A stretch of DNA of 64,000 nucleotides from Malacoraja senta (lineage: Eukaryota), in the NCBI GenBank assembly GCA_038087875.1, contig CM075998.1, positions 4,528,001-4,592,000 of the forward strand. Direction: 5' to 3'. Positions within the stretch are counted from its first letter, which is position 1. Each line of letters opens with the position of its first letter. Under the pieces are notes generated by a model. It saw nothing but the letters and a program-made list of their open reading frames with translations, made no database searches and was not told the DNA's origin. The position numbers and the translations under genes were made by a program. Shown one piece after another: positions 37,261-49,167 of the stretch.

Positions 37261-37475
37261 AGGGAAGCAGGTCGGTGATTGGTCACAATGCCCCTCGGAG
37301 ACTGTCTGATTGGCCGCCGAGTGACCAATGCATTATGTGATTGGACACAATGCCCTTGGGGACAGCCGCTGATTGGACGGGAGGAGACCAATTTGTTGAT
37401 TGGACAGGAATTTTAAGGGAAGCTGGTCGGTGATTGGACGCTACCCCCTGAGAGACAGCGGTTGATTGGCCACTA
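37261..37475. promoter_or_regulatory. Multi-CCAAT (NF-Y-type) promoter-like array
   Basis: ATTGG at 37278, 37309, 37340, 37372, 37399, 37433, 37465; CCAAT at 37325, 37388. Confidence 0.7.
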
Positions 37476-37607
37476 AATAATCAGGCACAAAAAATTGACA
37501 AATAGGAAAACAATAAAATCGGAATTCCGATTTAAATCGGAAGAATATCATTCCTGATCTGCAGCAAAGATACTAGTATCTGCTCTAGTATCTTTGATTC
37601 CTTCCTA

Positions 37608-37995
37608 TTAAAGAAGAACCCTGGCCCGAAACAACTCCTAATCCATTCCCTCCACAGATGCCGCCTAGCCCGCTGAGTTCCTCCAGCACGCTGTGTTTTT
37701 TATTCAACTCTGAAATTGAAGATAGACATAAAGCTGGAGTAACTCAGCAGGACAGGCAGCAACTCTGGAGAGAAGACCCTTCTTCAGACTGAACTCAACT
37801 CTCGTCGGTGAGAGTACTTGTGATTGTCTGAAGAAGGGTCTCGACCCGAAACACCACCCACTCCCTGTCCCCAGAGCCGCTGCCCGTTGAGCCACCCCAG
37901 CTCCCCCCGTGTCCACCTTCAACTCCAGAGCCAAACAAAAAACACAGAGTGCTGGAGGAACTCAGAGGGCCAGGCGGCATCCGCGGAGGGAACGG
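37608..37995. mobile_element. Cluster of Penelope-like terminus fragments
   Basis: GGCCCGAAAC..CCCGCTGAGTTCCTCCAGC (+); GCTGGAGTAACTCAGC..CCCTTCTTCAGACTG (-); CTGAAGAAGGGTCTCGACCCGAAAC at 37828 (+). Confidence 0.75.
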
Positions 37996-37999
37996 ACCA

Positions 38000-38108
38000 G
38001 GAGCCGCCACGGGCCAGGGCTCCCCACCCCCCCCCCAACAGGAAGGAACCACAGATGCAGCCGTCACCGCAAAACAGCAAATGATTCCGGGAATGCCGAG
38101 GCGAGAGG
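38000..38108 (+). other. Putative alternative first exon (3' part)
   Basis: CpG-rich sequence ending at donor AGG|GTGAGT downstream of the CCAAT array. Confidence 0.4.
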
Positions 38109-38111
38109 GTG

Positions 38112-38230
38112 AGTGAGAGAGCGAGAGAGACGATATGGCGAGCAGGAGAGAGAGAGAGGGAGGGAGGGAGAGAGCGAAAGACAGAGAGACACAGTGAGAG
38201 AGAATGAGGGGTGGAGGGAGAGAGAGTGAA
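38112..38230. repeat. GA-rich low-complexity tract
   Basis: Direct inspection. Confidence 0.85.
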
Positions 38231-38235
38231 TAATA

Positions 38236-39077
38236 CAATAGAGATGAGATAGAGATTCCTTTATTTGTCATTCAGACCTTTCGGTCTGAACGAAATTTCG
38301 TTGCCTGCAGTCATACATATAATAATAAATAACAAAACACACAATAAACACAAATTAACATCCACCACAGTGAGTTCACCAGGCACCTCCTCACTGTGAT
38401 CGAGGCAAAAGTCTTAAAGTCTCTGTCTCTTCCCGCTTTGTTCTTCCTCTGCGCCAAGGCGATCCAGGCTTCTGATGTTGTGACCCCGCCGGGTGAGGGC
38501 AAGTCAATCCCGCGGCTGAATCCGTGCTCCGCGACGGGCCGGTTCAAACTCCGCGGCCCGGGGTGGCCGAAGCTGCCGAAGCTGCCGCCCTCCAGTCCAG
38601 CGGACGCAGCTGTAGTTGCGGGAGCTCCAGAAAAACAGGTCACCCACCTGTGACCTGCAAGCTCCCGACGATGTCGTCCACCGGGCCCGCGGCCGAGCCT
38701 CCGGATTCAGGTCGCCACCAGTGTCCTCGGTCGCCACCGCCGGAACGCCACCGCAGCCCCGAAGCAGGCCAGCCCCACGCTGGTAAGTCCTGGCTCTGCC
38801 TCCGGAGCCTCGAGGTCGCTCGCAGTTGGAGTTGGAGGCCGGCAGCTCCGCCATTAGGCCTCAGCGCAGACGGAGGCAGAGAAGGGGGATACGACAAGAA
38901 AAAGTCGCATTCCCCCGAAGGAAGAGACAAAAATCATGTTTCACCCCCCACCCCACACATACACAACCCAATAAACTAAAATTTAACTAAAACAGGACAA
39001 AAGAAAACAACAACAAAAAGTAAAAACAGACGGACTGCAGGCGAGCCGCTGCTGTTCGACAGCGCCGCCACTTCTGG
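38236..39077 (-). mobile_element. GC-rich non-coding retroelement
   Basis: Minus strand starts GAAGTGGCGGCGCT, ends AATGACAAATAAAGGA(ATCTC)n; shared hairpin motif near 38361-38402. Confidence 0.7.
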
Positions 39078-39469
39078 ATAACGTAGGTGAATGACTTTAC
39101 CTGCACACCAGGAAGAAGCCTGGAGCCCTCAATGACAGTGAGTTTTAAGAAATTCTCCCGTGAATTTTATTCAAAGGATCGCGGCGTCATTAATTCTTGG
39201 TCAAAACACAATTACATTTACTGAGGAATGTGGATCGATATATTGATGACACATTGTATAACTACTTGTTAACTACTGGTTGTTAACAAGTGCTAACCGT
39301 GGTAGTTAGCAAATCGTTTTCGTCTCATGGCCGGTGCAGCTGTGACTCGTTGCAACGATTATCCATGGTCGTTTTAAAAAAAAATCCGTATTTCACATCT
39401 CTGACTCCCTTCTAGTACAGAAATTGGACTTAAACTGGAAACTGAAAAGTAGGGGAATGCCGTCCCCCT

Positions 39470-40084
39470 GCATACCCCCCCCATTTCAATCACTGCAAGA
39501 CACACAACTACATAAAAGTCAACATAAACATCCACCACAGTGGATTCCTCACATTCTTCACTGTGATGGCATTAAAGTCCAATCTCCTTCCCTCTTTATT
39601 CTCCCACAGTCGGGGCAGTCGAACCATCCGTCGGGACGATTGAAGCTCCCGCAGCCGGCGGTCGAAGCTCCCGCGTCGGGGCGATTGAAGCTCCTACGAT
39701 GTTAAAGCCGCAGTCCACGATGTTAAAGCCGCAGTTGCCCGCTGTTGGAGCTCCGAGGTCAATCCCTGGCAAAGGGATCGCCCGCTCCATGATGTTAAGA
39801 TCCATCCGTCGGAGTGGTTGGAGCTCCCAAATCAATCTCCAGTAAGAGGCCGCCAACTCCTCGATGTTAGGTCGCAATGCAGACGGAGATACGGTACGGA
39901 AAAAAATCACATCTCCGTCGAGGTAAGAGATTTTAAAAGTTTCCACCAACCCCTCCCCCCCCACCCCCCACAAAAAGCAAGCTAAAGAGCTCTTAAAAAC
40001 ATACATTTAACGCATACTATTAAAACAACAAAGATGGAAGGGACTGACAGACTGTTGGCGAGGCAGCCATTGCTGGCGCCACCT
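39470..40084 (-). mobile_element. GC-rich non-coding retroelement (related family)
   Basis: Minus strand starts GGTGGCGCCAGCAATGGCTGCCTCGCC; same T-rich/GGGGTGGGGG layout and hairpin near 39532-39569; internal repeats CGATGTTAAAGCCGCAG. Confidence 0.7.
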
Positions 40085-40951
40085 GGGTCATGAGAAGAAT
40101 TTCTTGATGTTCAGCGTCATGTTTCATGGCAGCACTCAAGACTCCTTCATACTTAGAGTCCACATTTGTGGACACTTTCCATGGATAACACTACTCTGAA
40201 AGATGGATCCTGGGCATAAAAGGCTATCCCTGGTTGCTAATATCACTTTTTTCAAACCATACCAGATGAACTCTGAGACAACAAAAGCAATCACAGTGGA
40301 AATTATCACTGGTCTTCTCAAGATGAGATTGGTTTGCTTTCATTAATTGCTGTAGTTAATGCAGTTTATGTCTAGTGGAGATTCATTCTGTTCTGTCTGC
40401 TGCACAGCCTTGCAAATGGCAGGCACCAGCTGAAGCCAGAGGAAGAGCAGCAACGTAACCGAGTCCAAGGCATTGGTCTTAAAATCAGCGGGAGGACGCT
40501 GAGCAGGAGGACGATGAAGACTTCCGGGGGACGTCCTCGTTTAGCATCAACACCAGTTGCATCTTGTAGCTGACCAGATGAAGTAGGCATGCACTACAAG
40601 GGTCTCCCTAACAGATAGACACTTCTAAGAAGCTTGTAAAATCATGGTCTGCATTGCAAACTAACGTATGCACTGCACTGATAATAGGCAGGGGTGCCTG
40701 GATGATATTTAATATTTCTTCCCATCCTGCTGTGCGGCTCTACCTGCGCTGGAAAAACTACTGAATCCCTGATCCTATTACTTTAATGGCTTGCTGCATT
40801 TCCTTGTGTATGGCAACCAGCTTAAAGTATTGTGACCTCTATTCAAAATATTCATCTGTCAGAAGGGTTCAACCCTGCAGGCGTAAAGTGGTTGAGAGCT
40901 TGTTTGGACTGCATTGTTAATGGCTATTCATCATTGAATCAATGTAGCTGA

Positions 40952-41104
40952 AACCAAAATGTATAAAAATGGCCTTTATTAAAATCTGAAAATGTGCACT
41001 TTAACCACATGCGATTTTTTTTCTATTACAAATCTCAAATTGTGGAGTACAGAGGCAAATAAATAAATGATGGGTCTTTGTCCCAAACATTATGGAGGGC
41101 ACTG
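40952..41104. mobile_element. Tc1/mariner-like terminal fragment
   Basis: Ends GTCCCAAACATTATGGAGGGCACTG (reverse complement CAGTGCCCTCCATAATGTTTGGGAC, Tc1-type TIR). Confidence 0.65.
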
Positions 41105-41186
41105 TGTTGCAGATGTTTCACCATTGCTCACATTTCTCTCCTCCTGGCAGGAGTCCCTCCATCAGAGATAGTCATTGTAAGTATTA

Positions 41187-41714
41187 AGGGCCTGTCCCAC
41201 TTGGGCGACCTAATCCGTGAGTTCCGGCGAGTTTGCCCTCGAATCATACTCGCAGCATGGTTGACACGAGGTTGTAGGAGGTCTTTGTAACTCTCCTTCA
41301 TGCTCCAGAGTGGTCTCCGCCTACTCGAGGCCTCAGCTAGGTCGCAGCGTATTTTTCAACATGTTAAAAAATGCCCGCGAGTAAAAAAAGGTCGCCATGG
41401 AAAAAATAGCTACTTTTTTTACTCGTAGGTTTAGTCGTAGTAGGTCGGCATGTTAGTTGTAGGTAATCGAGGGTAATCGAAGGTAGTCGTAGATAGTCTT
41501 CATCATAGTCGAAGGGAGGTCGAAGGAGGTCGTCTTCACTCTCCACTATTCGGTGTCCAATTTTTCCGAAGTTAGTTGAAGCTAGTCTTCAATATAGTCG
41601 AAGGTCGAAGGTCTTCTACATAGTCGAAGGAGGTCGTCAACATGACTTTTTTTTTAAAACTCTCCTAAACGCTTCTAAACTCGCCAATTAGGTCGCCCAA
41701 GTGGGACATCCCCT
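41187..41714. mobile_element. PIF/Harbinger-like MITE
   Basis: TIR AGGGCCTGTCCCACTTGGGCGACCTAAT / ATTAGGTCGCCCAAGTGGGACATCCCCT; TTA on both flanks; internal GTCGAAGG repeats. Confidence 0.8.
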
Positions 41715-42289
41715 TTACAAAAGTAGACCAAACACGGGGAGAATAATACCAAGGTAGAAATCAACTTCACATTGGAGGTCATCCTCAGTCATTGCCAGAA
41801 GTATAGCATCAGTCAAATTTGGAGCCTGTAGTTGTGGTCATAGATTGTAGTTGGGATTGTCTTGATGAACCACACTGCATTCTGTGTTGCAAATACGCCC
41901 TGCATGACGAGAACCAGTCCTTGTAAACTATGGGTATATATGATCCTGAGGACACTGGTACGATGTCTCGTCTCAGATGGTGCCTGGAACAATGATTCTC
42001 ATGCAAATGAAAATTCTGTTGGATTGTCAATGATTGCATTTTCCACCAGGAGCCAATAAATGTTATTGGCATAATATTTTTATCATCTAGGTTAGCCCAT
42101 TTAATACTCTAGCATGTTTTGTTTCCTTCCCACTGCTGCAAGAAGTTCTTTCCAGATCTAGTCACAGTGACATTGGGAAATGAAACCGAGAGTGTCCATT
42201 CTAATTCAACTGAAGATTCAATGAGTTTCAGAGAAACCAATAACTACATTAAAATCTAATCACATAAAATCTAATCACATACAAGTCCA

Positions 42290-43088
42290 ACCAATACAAG
42301 ATTACAAAAGGATCTAGAGAAACTGGGAATGTGGGCCAAGGAATGACAGATGGAATTTAATTCAGACGAGGGTGAAGTGTTGCATTCTGGTAAGTTAAAC
42401 CAGGGCAGGACTTGCACAGTAAATGGAATAGCCCGAGAGAATGTTGAAGAACAGGGACACCTAGGGGTACAAGCACATAGTTCCCCGAAGGTGGCTTCAC
42501 AGGTAGACAGTGGTGAAGGTGGCATTCTGTTTGGTTGCCTTCATTCGTCAGGGCACTGTACAAGAGGTGGAATGTTATGTTACAGTAGTACAAGACATTG
42601 GTGAGACTACTTAAGAGAATCGTGTGCAGCTGTCGTCACCTAGCTTTAGGAAGGATGGAAAGGGTGCAGAAAAGATTCACAACGATGTCGCTGGGGCTGG
42701 AGGGCTCGAGTTATAAGGAGAGGCTGTATAGGTTGGGGCTTTTTTTCCCATGGAGTGTTAGAGGTAGAGGGATGGCCTTATAGAGGTGCATGAAATCAGG
42801 AGGGGCAGAGTTAAGGTGAGGAGTCTATTTGCCTGGGTAAAAATCTAAAACTGGAGGGCATAGAATTAAGATGAGAGGAAATAATCTGAAGAGATCCTCA
42901 GGGGCAACCTTTCCACATGGAGGGCAGTGGGTTTGTGGAACGAGCTGCCAGAGGAAGTGGTCGAGGCAGGTACAATTACAACATTTAAAAGACAATTGGA
43001 CAGGTTCCTGGATACGAAAGGTTTAGAGGGATATGGGTCAAATGTAGCAAAATGGGACTAATTTAAGTTAGTTGGCGTGGACAAGATG
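42290..43088 (+). mobile_element. Old CR1 3' portion
   Basis: MEFNSDEGEVLHSG; MERVQKRFT..SYKERLYRLGLF. Confidence 0.85.
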
Positions 43089-43660
43089 CAGGAGGAGGCC
43101 ATTTGGCCCTTCGAGCCTGCACCTCCATTCATTGTGATCATGGTTGATCATCCTCAATCAGTAACCCATGCCTGCCTTCTCCCCACATCCCTCGATTCTG
43201 CTAGCCCCTAGAGCTCTATCTAATTCTTTTAAATTCATCCAGTGAATTGGCCTCTACTGCCTTCTGTGGCAGAGAATTCCACAAATTCACAACTCTCTGG
43301 GTGAAAACATTTTTTTCTCATCTCGGTTCAGTTCTGGTCTCCCCCATCATTGGGAACATTTTTCCTGCATCTAACTTGTCCAGTCCTTTTATAATTTTAT
43401 ATGTTTCTATAAGATCCCCTCTCATCCTAAACTCCAGTGAATACAAGCCCACTCTTTCCAATCTTTTCTAGTATGACAGTCCCACCATCCTGGGGATTAA
43501 CCTCGTGAACCGACGCTGCACTGCCTCAATAGCAAGGATGTCCTTCCTCAAATTAGGAGACCAAAACTGCACGCAGTACTCCAGATGTGGTCTATTCAGG
43601 GCCCTGTACAACTGCAGAAGGACCTCTTTACTCCCATACTCAATATAATGAAAGGCAAAA
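43085..43660 (-). mobile_element. CR1 3' fragment
   Basis: [43 protein letters not shown]. Confidence 0.9.
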
Positions 43661-44159
43661 CATGTTTGATGGAAAAGCATCCCTCACAGTCAGGCAATAG
43701 TGCTGGTCCTCTTAGAACAGATTGAGGTGAAAATGCATGACGTTAGCAACATTTTTTAGGCGAGGCATCTCGGGAAATTCAATATTGCCAGTGGCTGCTA
43801 CTGTGAGCACAAAAAAAAATGTGGTTTTCAATGCCGCTCCTGAAATAGAACTGTTTCAGTCGAGATGACGTTAATAAAACCTAATTGTTGTGTGAGGAAA
43901 TAAGTGTCATTTTTCAGAGCATAGGGTTGAAAACTTCATTGTTGGCAAATTTTGTGCTGCACAATTATCATTGTCAATTTAGGGAGATCTACGCTGGAAG
44001 AAAGGTGCTAGCAAATGAAAATCCTGCTACAACTTTAGGAATTGAATTACCCGTCAAAAGTGAAACCATCCAGAAATGGGCTCAAGATTACTCTACTCTG
44101 GGTGAAGCCAGTTTTTCAATGAACAGCATTTTTAATGGACTGGTGGGACTTGCTCAGCC

Positions 44160-45745
44160 AAAGGCAGATAAATCCCCAGGGCCTGAAGGTCTGCATCCCA
44201 GAATACTCAAGGAGGTGGCCCTAGAAATCGTGGATGCATTAGTGATCTTTTTCCAATGTTCTGTAGACACTGGATCAGTTTATGTGGACTGGAGGGTAGC
44301 TAATGTAACCCCACTTTTTAAGAAAGGAGAGAGAGAGAGAGAACAGGGAATTATGAACCAGTTAGCCTTACATCGGTATTGGGGAAGATGCTTGGGTCGA
44401 TTATTAAAGATGTAATAGCAGCGCATTTGGAAAGCAGTGACAGGATCGGTCAAAGTCAGCATGGATTAATGAAGGGGAAATCATGTTTGACTAATCTTCT
44501 GGAATTTTTTGAGGATGTAACAAGTAGAATGGATAAGGAAGAGCCAGTGGATGTGGTGTATCTGGACTAACAAAAAGCCTTTGACAAGGTCCCACAAAAG
44601 AGATTAGTGTGCAAAATTAGAGCACATGGTATTGGGGTTAGGCTATTGACATGGATAGAGAACTGGTTGGCAGATAGGAAGCAAAGAGTAGGAATTAATC
44701 GGTCCTTTTCAGAATGGCAGGCAGTGACTAGTGGGGTGCCGCAAGGCTCAGTGCTGGGACCCCAGTTATGTACAATATATATTAACGATTTAGACGAGGG
44801 AATTAAATGTAACATCTCCAAGTTTTGCGGATGACACACAGCTGGGTGGCAGTGTGATCTGTGAGGAGGATGCTATGAGGCTGCAGGGTGACTTGGATAG
44901 GTTGGGTGAGTGGGCAGATGCATGGCAGATGCAGTATAATGTGGATAAATGTGAGGTTATCCACTTTGGTGGCAAGAACAATATGTCAGATTATTAATAG
45001 AATGGTGTCAGATTAGGAAAAGGGGAAGTGCAACGAGACCTAGGTGTCCTTGTACATCAGTCACTGAAAGTAAGCATGCAGGTACAGCAGGCAGTGAAGA
45101 AAGCTAATGGCATGCTGGCCTTCATTGCGAGAGGATTTGAGTTTAGGAGAAAGGAGGTCCTACTGCAGTTGTACAGGGCCCTGGTGAGACCACACCTGGA
45201 GTATTGTGTGCAATTTTGCTCTCCGAATTTGAGGAAGGACATTCTTGCTAATGAGGGAGTGCAGCGTCGGTTCACCAGGTTAATTCCTGGGATGGCGGAA
45301 CTGACATATGATGAAAGAATGGGTTGACTGGGCTTGTATTCACCTAAATTTAGAAGGATAAGAAGGGATCTTAAAGAAACGTATAAAATTCTTAAAGGAT
45401 TAGACAGGCTAAATGCAGGAAAAATGTTCCCGATGTTGGGGGAGTCCAGAACCAGGGGTCACAGTTTAAGAATAAGGGATAGGCCATTTAGGACAGAGAT
45501 GAGGAAAATCGTCTTCACCCAGAAAGTTGTGAATCTGGAATTCTCTGCCACAGAAGGCAGTGGGGGCCAATTCACTGGATTTTTTTCAAGAGAGTTAAAT
45601 TTAGCACTTGGGGCAAAAGGAATCGAGGGATATGGGGGAAAACGGGGTACTGGTTTTAGATGATCAGCCATGATCCTATTGAATGGCGGTGGTGGCTTAA
45701 AGGGCCAAATGGCCTACTCCTGCAACTATGTTTCTATGTTTCTAT
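44160..45745 (+). mobile_element. CR1 RT domain to 3' end, frameshifted
   Basis: KSPGPEGLHPRILKE, DWRVANVTPLFKKG, KSCLTNLLEFFEDVT, GVPQGSVLGP, VRPHLEYC. Confidence 0.95.
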
Positions 45746-46702
45746 TATCACCAGAATACTTTCCTGGAACTCTCAAATTAATTGTATTGTGGAATTCCTT
45801 CATGATACAGACCAAGGTGATTCGAGAGAATGGCCCACTACCATCTTTACAAAAGTGACCAGGGAAGGGAAATAAATGTGGTCTTGCTAGTGTTATACAT
45901 GTCCTGAAAACGAGGGAGCATTTTAACCTCACAGGGTGATTTGTGACAAGAGTAGAAGAGGGTGATGTTAGTTAAAAGTAAGAAAAACAAGTATTGAAGT
46001 GTGTTATTAACTGACTAATCCACCTTTTTAAGATCTAGTTGTCAATAAAATATTTTAAAGAGATTGCACACCTTCATGACGACTATGTATTAATTGGGTG
46101 TCTTTCGAATATCGGATTTTGCCTTTTTAATTTCCCCCATAAATTCCTCACCCTGGCTCCGGGTGTTACCCTCTTCTTAGTTTCTGAACATTAGCTCCAA
46201 GTCAAAATAAAGTTGTTGACGTATATCGCAACATTGATTTTTCATTCTGTATACTACACCTACATTGTACTGGTATTTTTGCTTTAATCTTTCAAATGAT
46301 TGATTCCAAGAAAAGCCAGTCTCACTGGATGAACGAGTTCTGTAAGTTTTACATTTATGTTTGTACAGGCACAAAATGCCTAGAATTATTAATGCACCCA
46401 GGGGATAATTTACTGCAACAAATTCTGATTGGCTCAAATGTCCCAACGAGGAAAAAGCCAAATGCCTAGATATTTAATTTCATCTACTGAAAAAAAAATC
46501 ATTGCATTTGGTATTACTGCCAGATAGAGACCCCTCAAAAAAAAAAAAAGAATTGTTCATGAAGACATTTTGAAATGTTGGTAGGGTACTTTATATCCAG
46601 AATTCAGTGCTAAAGTGAGACCTGCTTAGATCCCAATGGGACCACACTCAGTTCAGTGCAGCTGTTGACACCTTGTTGTGTCAGCTCTTAAAGGCACACT
46701 CC

Positions 46703-46880
46703 CACAGCAGCAGCCGCCAGATTGCTGCAGCAGCAGTCGCCAGATAGCAGCAGCCACCAGATAGCAGCAGCGGCAGCAGTAACCAGGTTGCAGCAGCAGC
46801 AGCCACCAGCAGCGGCGGCTGCGGCAGCGGTCAGATAACAGCAAGCTAGCAGTGGCAGCCAGATAGCATCTGCTGCTCCT
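46703..46880. repeat. Degenerate CAG/GCA-rich tandem repeat
   Basis: Recurring CAGCAGCAGCCACCAGATAG-like units. Confidence 0.8.
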
Positions 46881-48625
46881 ATCTGCCATTGTGGGGAAAT
46901 AGGGGAGCAGAAGAGAACTCCCACTTCCAATGAACATAGACATGCTTATAAGTGAGATGCATGGCAGTGGGAAGTGTTGCACATAAGAGGGGCCAGGAGA
47001 CCTGTTGGGGCCACCACAAGAGGAACCTGGCAGGAATTGGTTCCAGTACCTCCTCCAGGAGTGTGAACCCCCTATGCAAAGTCACACAAAGTTTCAAGAT
47101 CTCACAAGATGCATCAATGTGAGTTGCACACCAGTGAAAAGTAGCACACACAGTGAAGCATAGAAGTGCAGTTATTCTAGCCACACACCCTACTCATCCC
47201 ATCCTGTGCTAAACTCTCACTCTACTGTTTACTTTCAAAATGCTCCACTTGCACATAGATGTCATGCTTCCATGGGTAGGATACTGGCGAGGTCATTCAA
47301 CATCCAGCTCCTTAAGGTTAAATCAATGAGGAATAGGAGGGAGGCATTCAAATAGGAGGAGAACTCCCTCAAATATGGTGTGTTAAGTTCAAGGAGACCA
47401 TCCTCTTCCTCAGGGGCAGGAGAGCCACAGAGTTCCAAACCACCTCCCAAACTGAGTTTGAGTTCAGCTTATTGTCACGTGTACAGTGAAAAGCTTTTGT
47501 TGTGTGCTAACCAGTCAGCAGAAAAACAATACATGAGGGTATGCAAAACGCAAACCTTATTCCAAATTATTCCTGTGTATGCTTTGATTTGATCAATGGT
47601 AAACACTCACATTATCGTCTCTGCTGTGCATCACCATTCGAGGGCTTTGGGTGGAGTTTGCAAGTGGAACTATTTCCTGTCTTTGAAAGGTATCAAGAGA
47701 GGCCCCTTGTTTCTCTCTCTCGCTCGAACAGCATCATTCAGAGCAGTAGGAGAGGTTTGCTGATGATGACAGTGGATCATTGCACCTGAGACTCCACAGC
47801 ACCAACTATGTACTGCAGATTATACAAAAATTCTCCCATATGATTGACATTGAGGTGGAAATTTTTAAACTGCAGGGAGATGATAGTTGACCTGGTCAGG
47901 TGGATGAGGCCAAGGGGAAGACTTGACTGATGTGTATAAAATTGAATAGCCTCGATAAAGAGGAAGGATTTGTTTCTATTGGCTGTGGGGTCAAGAGCTA
48001 GGGAGCATGAATTTATTGTAGTGGGAAGAAAGATTTAGAGTAGAGATGAGGAAAAACATTTTTGGGGTGGCTGTGCTCTGGACTTGCTACCTTAAAAGAA
48101 AGCAATTGCAGAAGCCCTCATCACATTTAAACAGTACATGGATGTGTACCTGAAGAGCTTAAAAACTACAGGGTCCCATACCAAGTAAGAGCACGTGAAG
48201 CATCTTTAACCTCTCCTTACTCCAATCTGAGATTCCCACCTACTTCAAGAAGTCCACTATCATCAAAGAAAAACAAGGTTATATGCCTCAATGATTACTG
48301 CCCAGTGTTTCTAACATTCATCATCATGAAATGCTTCGAGAGACTGGTAATGGTGCAAATTAACTCTAGCCTCTCAGGCAGCTTAGATCCACTGCAGGTT
48401 GCCTAACATTGGAACAAGTCCACTGCAATTGCCATCTCATTGGCCTACACTCATCCCTGGAGCATATACATAACAAGGAGACCTATGACAGACTGTTTTT
48501 ATTGACTATACCTCTGCTTTCAATGTCATAATTCCAAACCAAACTCTGGGACCTAGGACTCAGCCACTCCCTCTGCAACTGAATCCTTGACTTTCTGACC
48601 TGTAAACCGCAATCAGTAAAGATCG

Positions 48626-49160
48626 ATAATAATAATAATATATTTTATTGTCATTGCACATAGGTGCAACGAGATTTGGTATGCAGCTTCCATCCGATGA
48701 TCATAACTTAAACAACTAATAAAATTTAGATTTAGATACCCCGAGAAAAATGATTTATAAAAAAAAAAGAACAGTAAAACAGTCTAAAGTGCAAATATGT
48801 CTGTGCCGGGTCGATGTGCGTGAATACAGTTCATGGGGGTGGGGGGCACTCAGCAGGGCCGGTTCAGAGCAGCGATAGCTCTGGGGATTAAGCTGTTCCT
48901 GAGTCTGGAGGTGCGGGCGTAGAAGGCCTTGTATCGTCTGCCGGAAGGTAGGAGTTCGAACAGACTATTACAAGGGTGTGAGGAGTCTTTGTGGATGGTG
49001 ACGGCCTTCCTGAGGCACCATGTGTAGTAGATGCCCTCCAAGGCTGGTAGCTGTGTCCCAATGATCTTCTGCGCCCTGTGGACGACGCGCTGAAGAGCTC
49101 TCCGCCTCCGTGCAGCTGAGATACCACACAGAGATAACAGTTCCTCCATGATAATTCTCA
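48626..49160 (-). mobile_element. Rex1-like 3' end with (TTA)n tail
   Basis: RALQRVVHRAQKIIG..HKDSSHP..LLPSGRRYK..RTSRLRNS. Confidence 0.85.
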
Positions 49161-49167
49161 ACACAAT

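Noticed and set aside
38311..38979. Several overlapping 85-151-aa ORFs
   Set aside because: Expected from GC-rich, stop-poor repeat sequence; no recognisable domain
40372..40590. Exon-like purine-rich segment after an acceptor-like CACAG
   Set aside because: All plus frames stop before any convincing donor and no protein is recognisable on either strand
43885..44415. 176-aa ORF as a chimeric gene
   Set aside because: Chance read-through from flanking DNA (non-ATG start) into a frameshifted CR1 RT
46653..46982. Poly-Ala/Gln/Cys ORFs as a coding exon
   Set aside because: Low-complexity repeat with units shifting frame and in-frame stops on plus; no supporting splice structure
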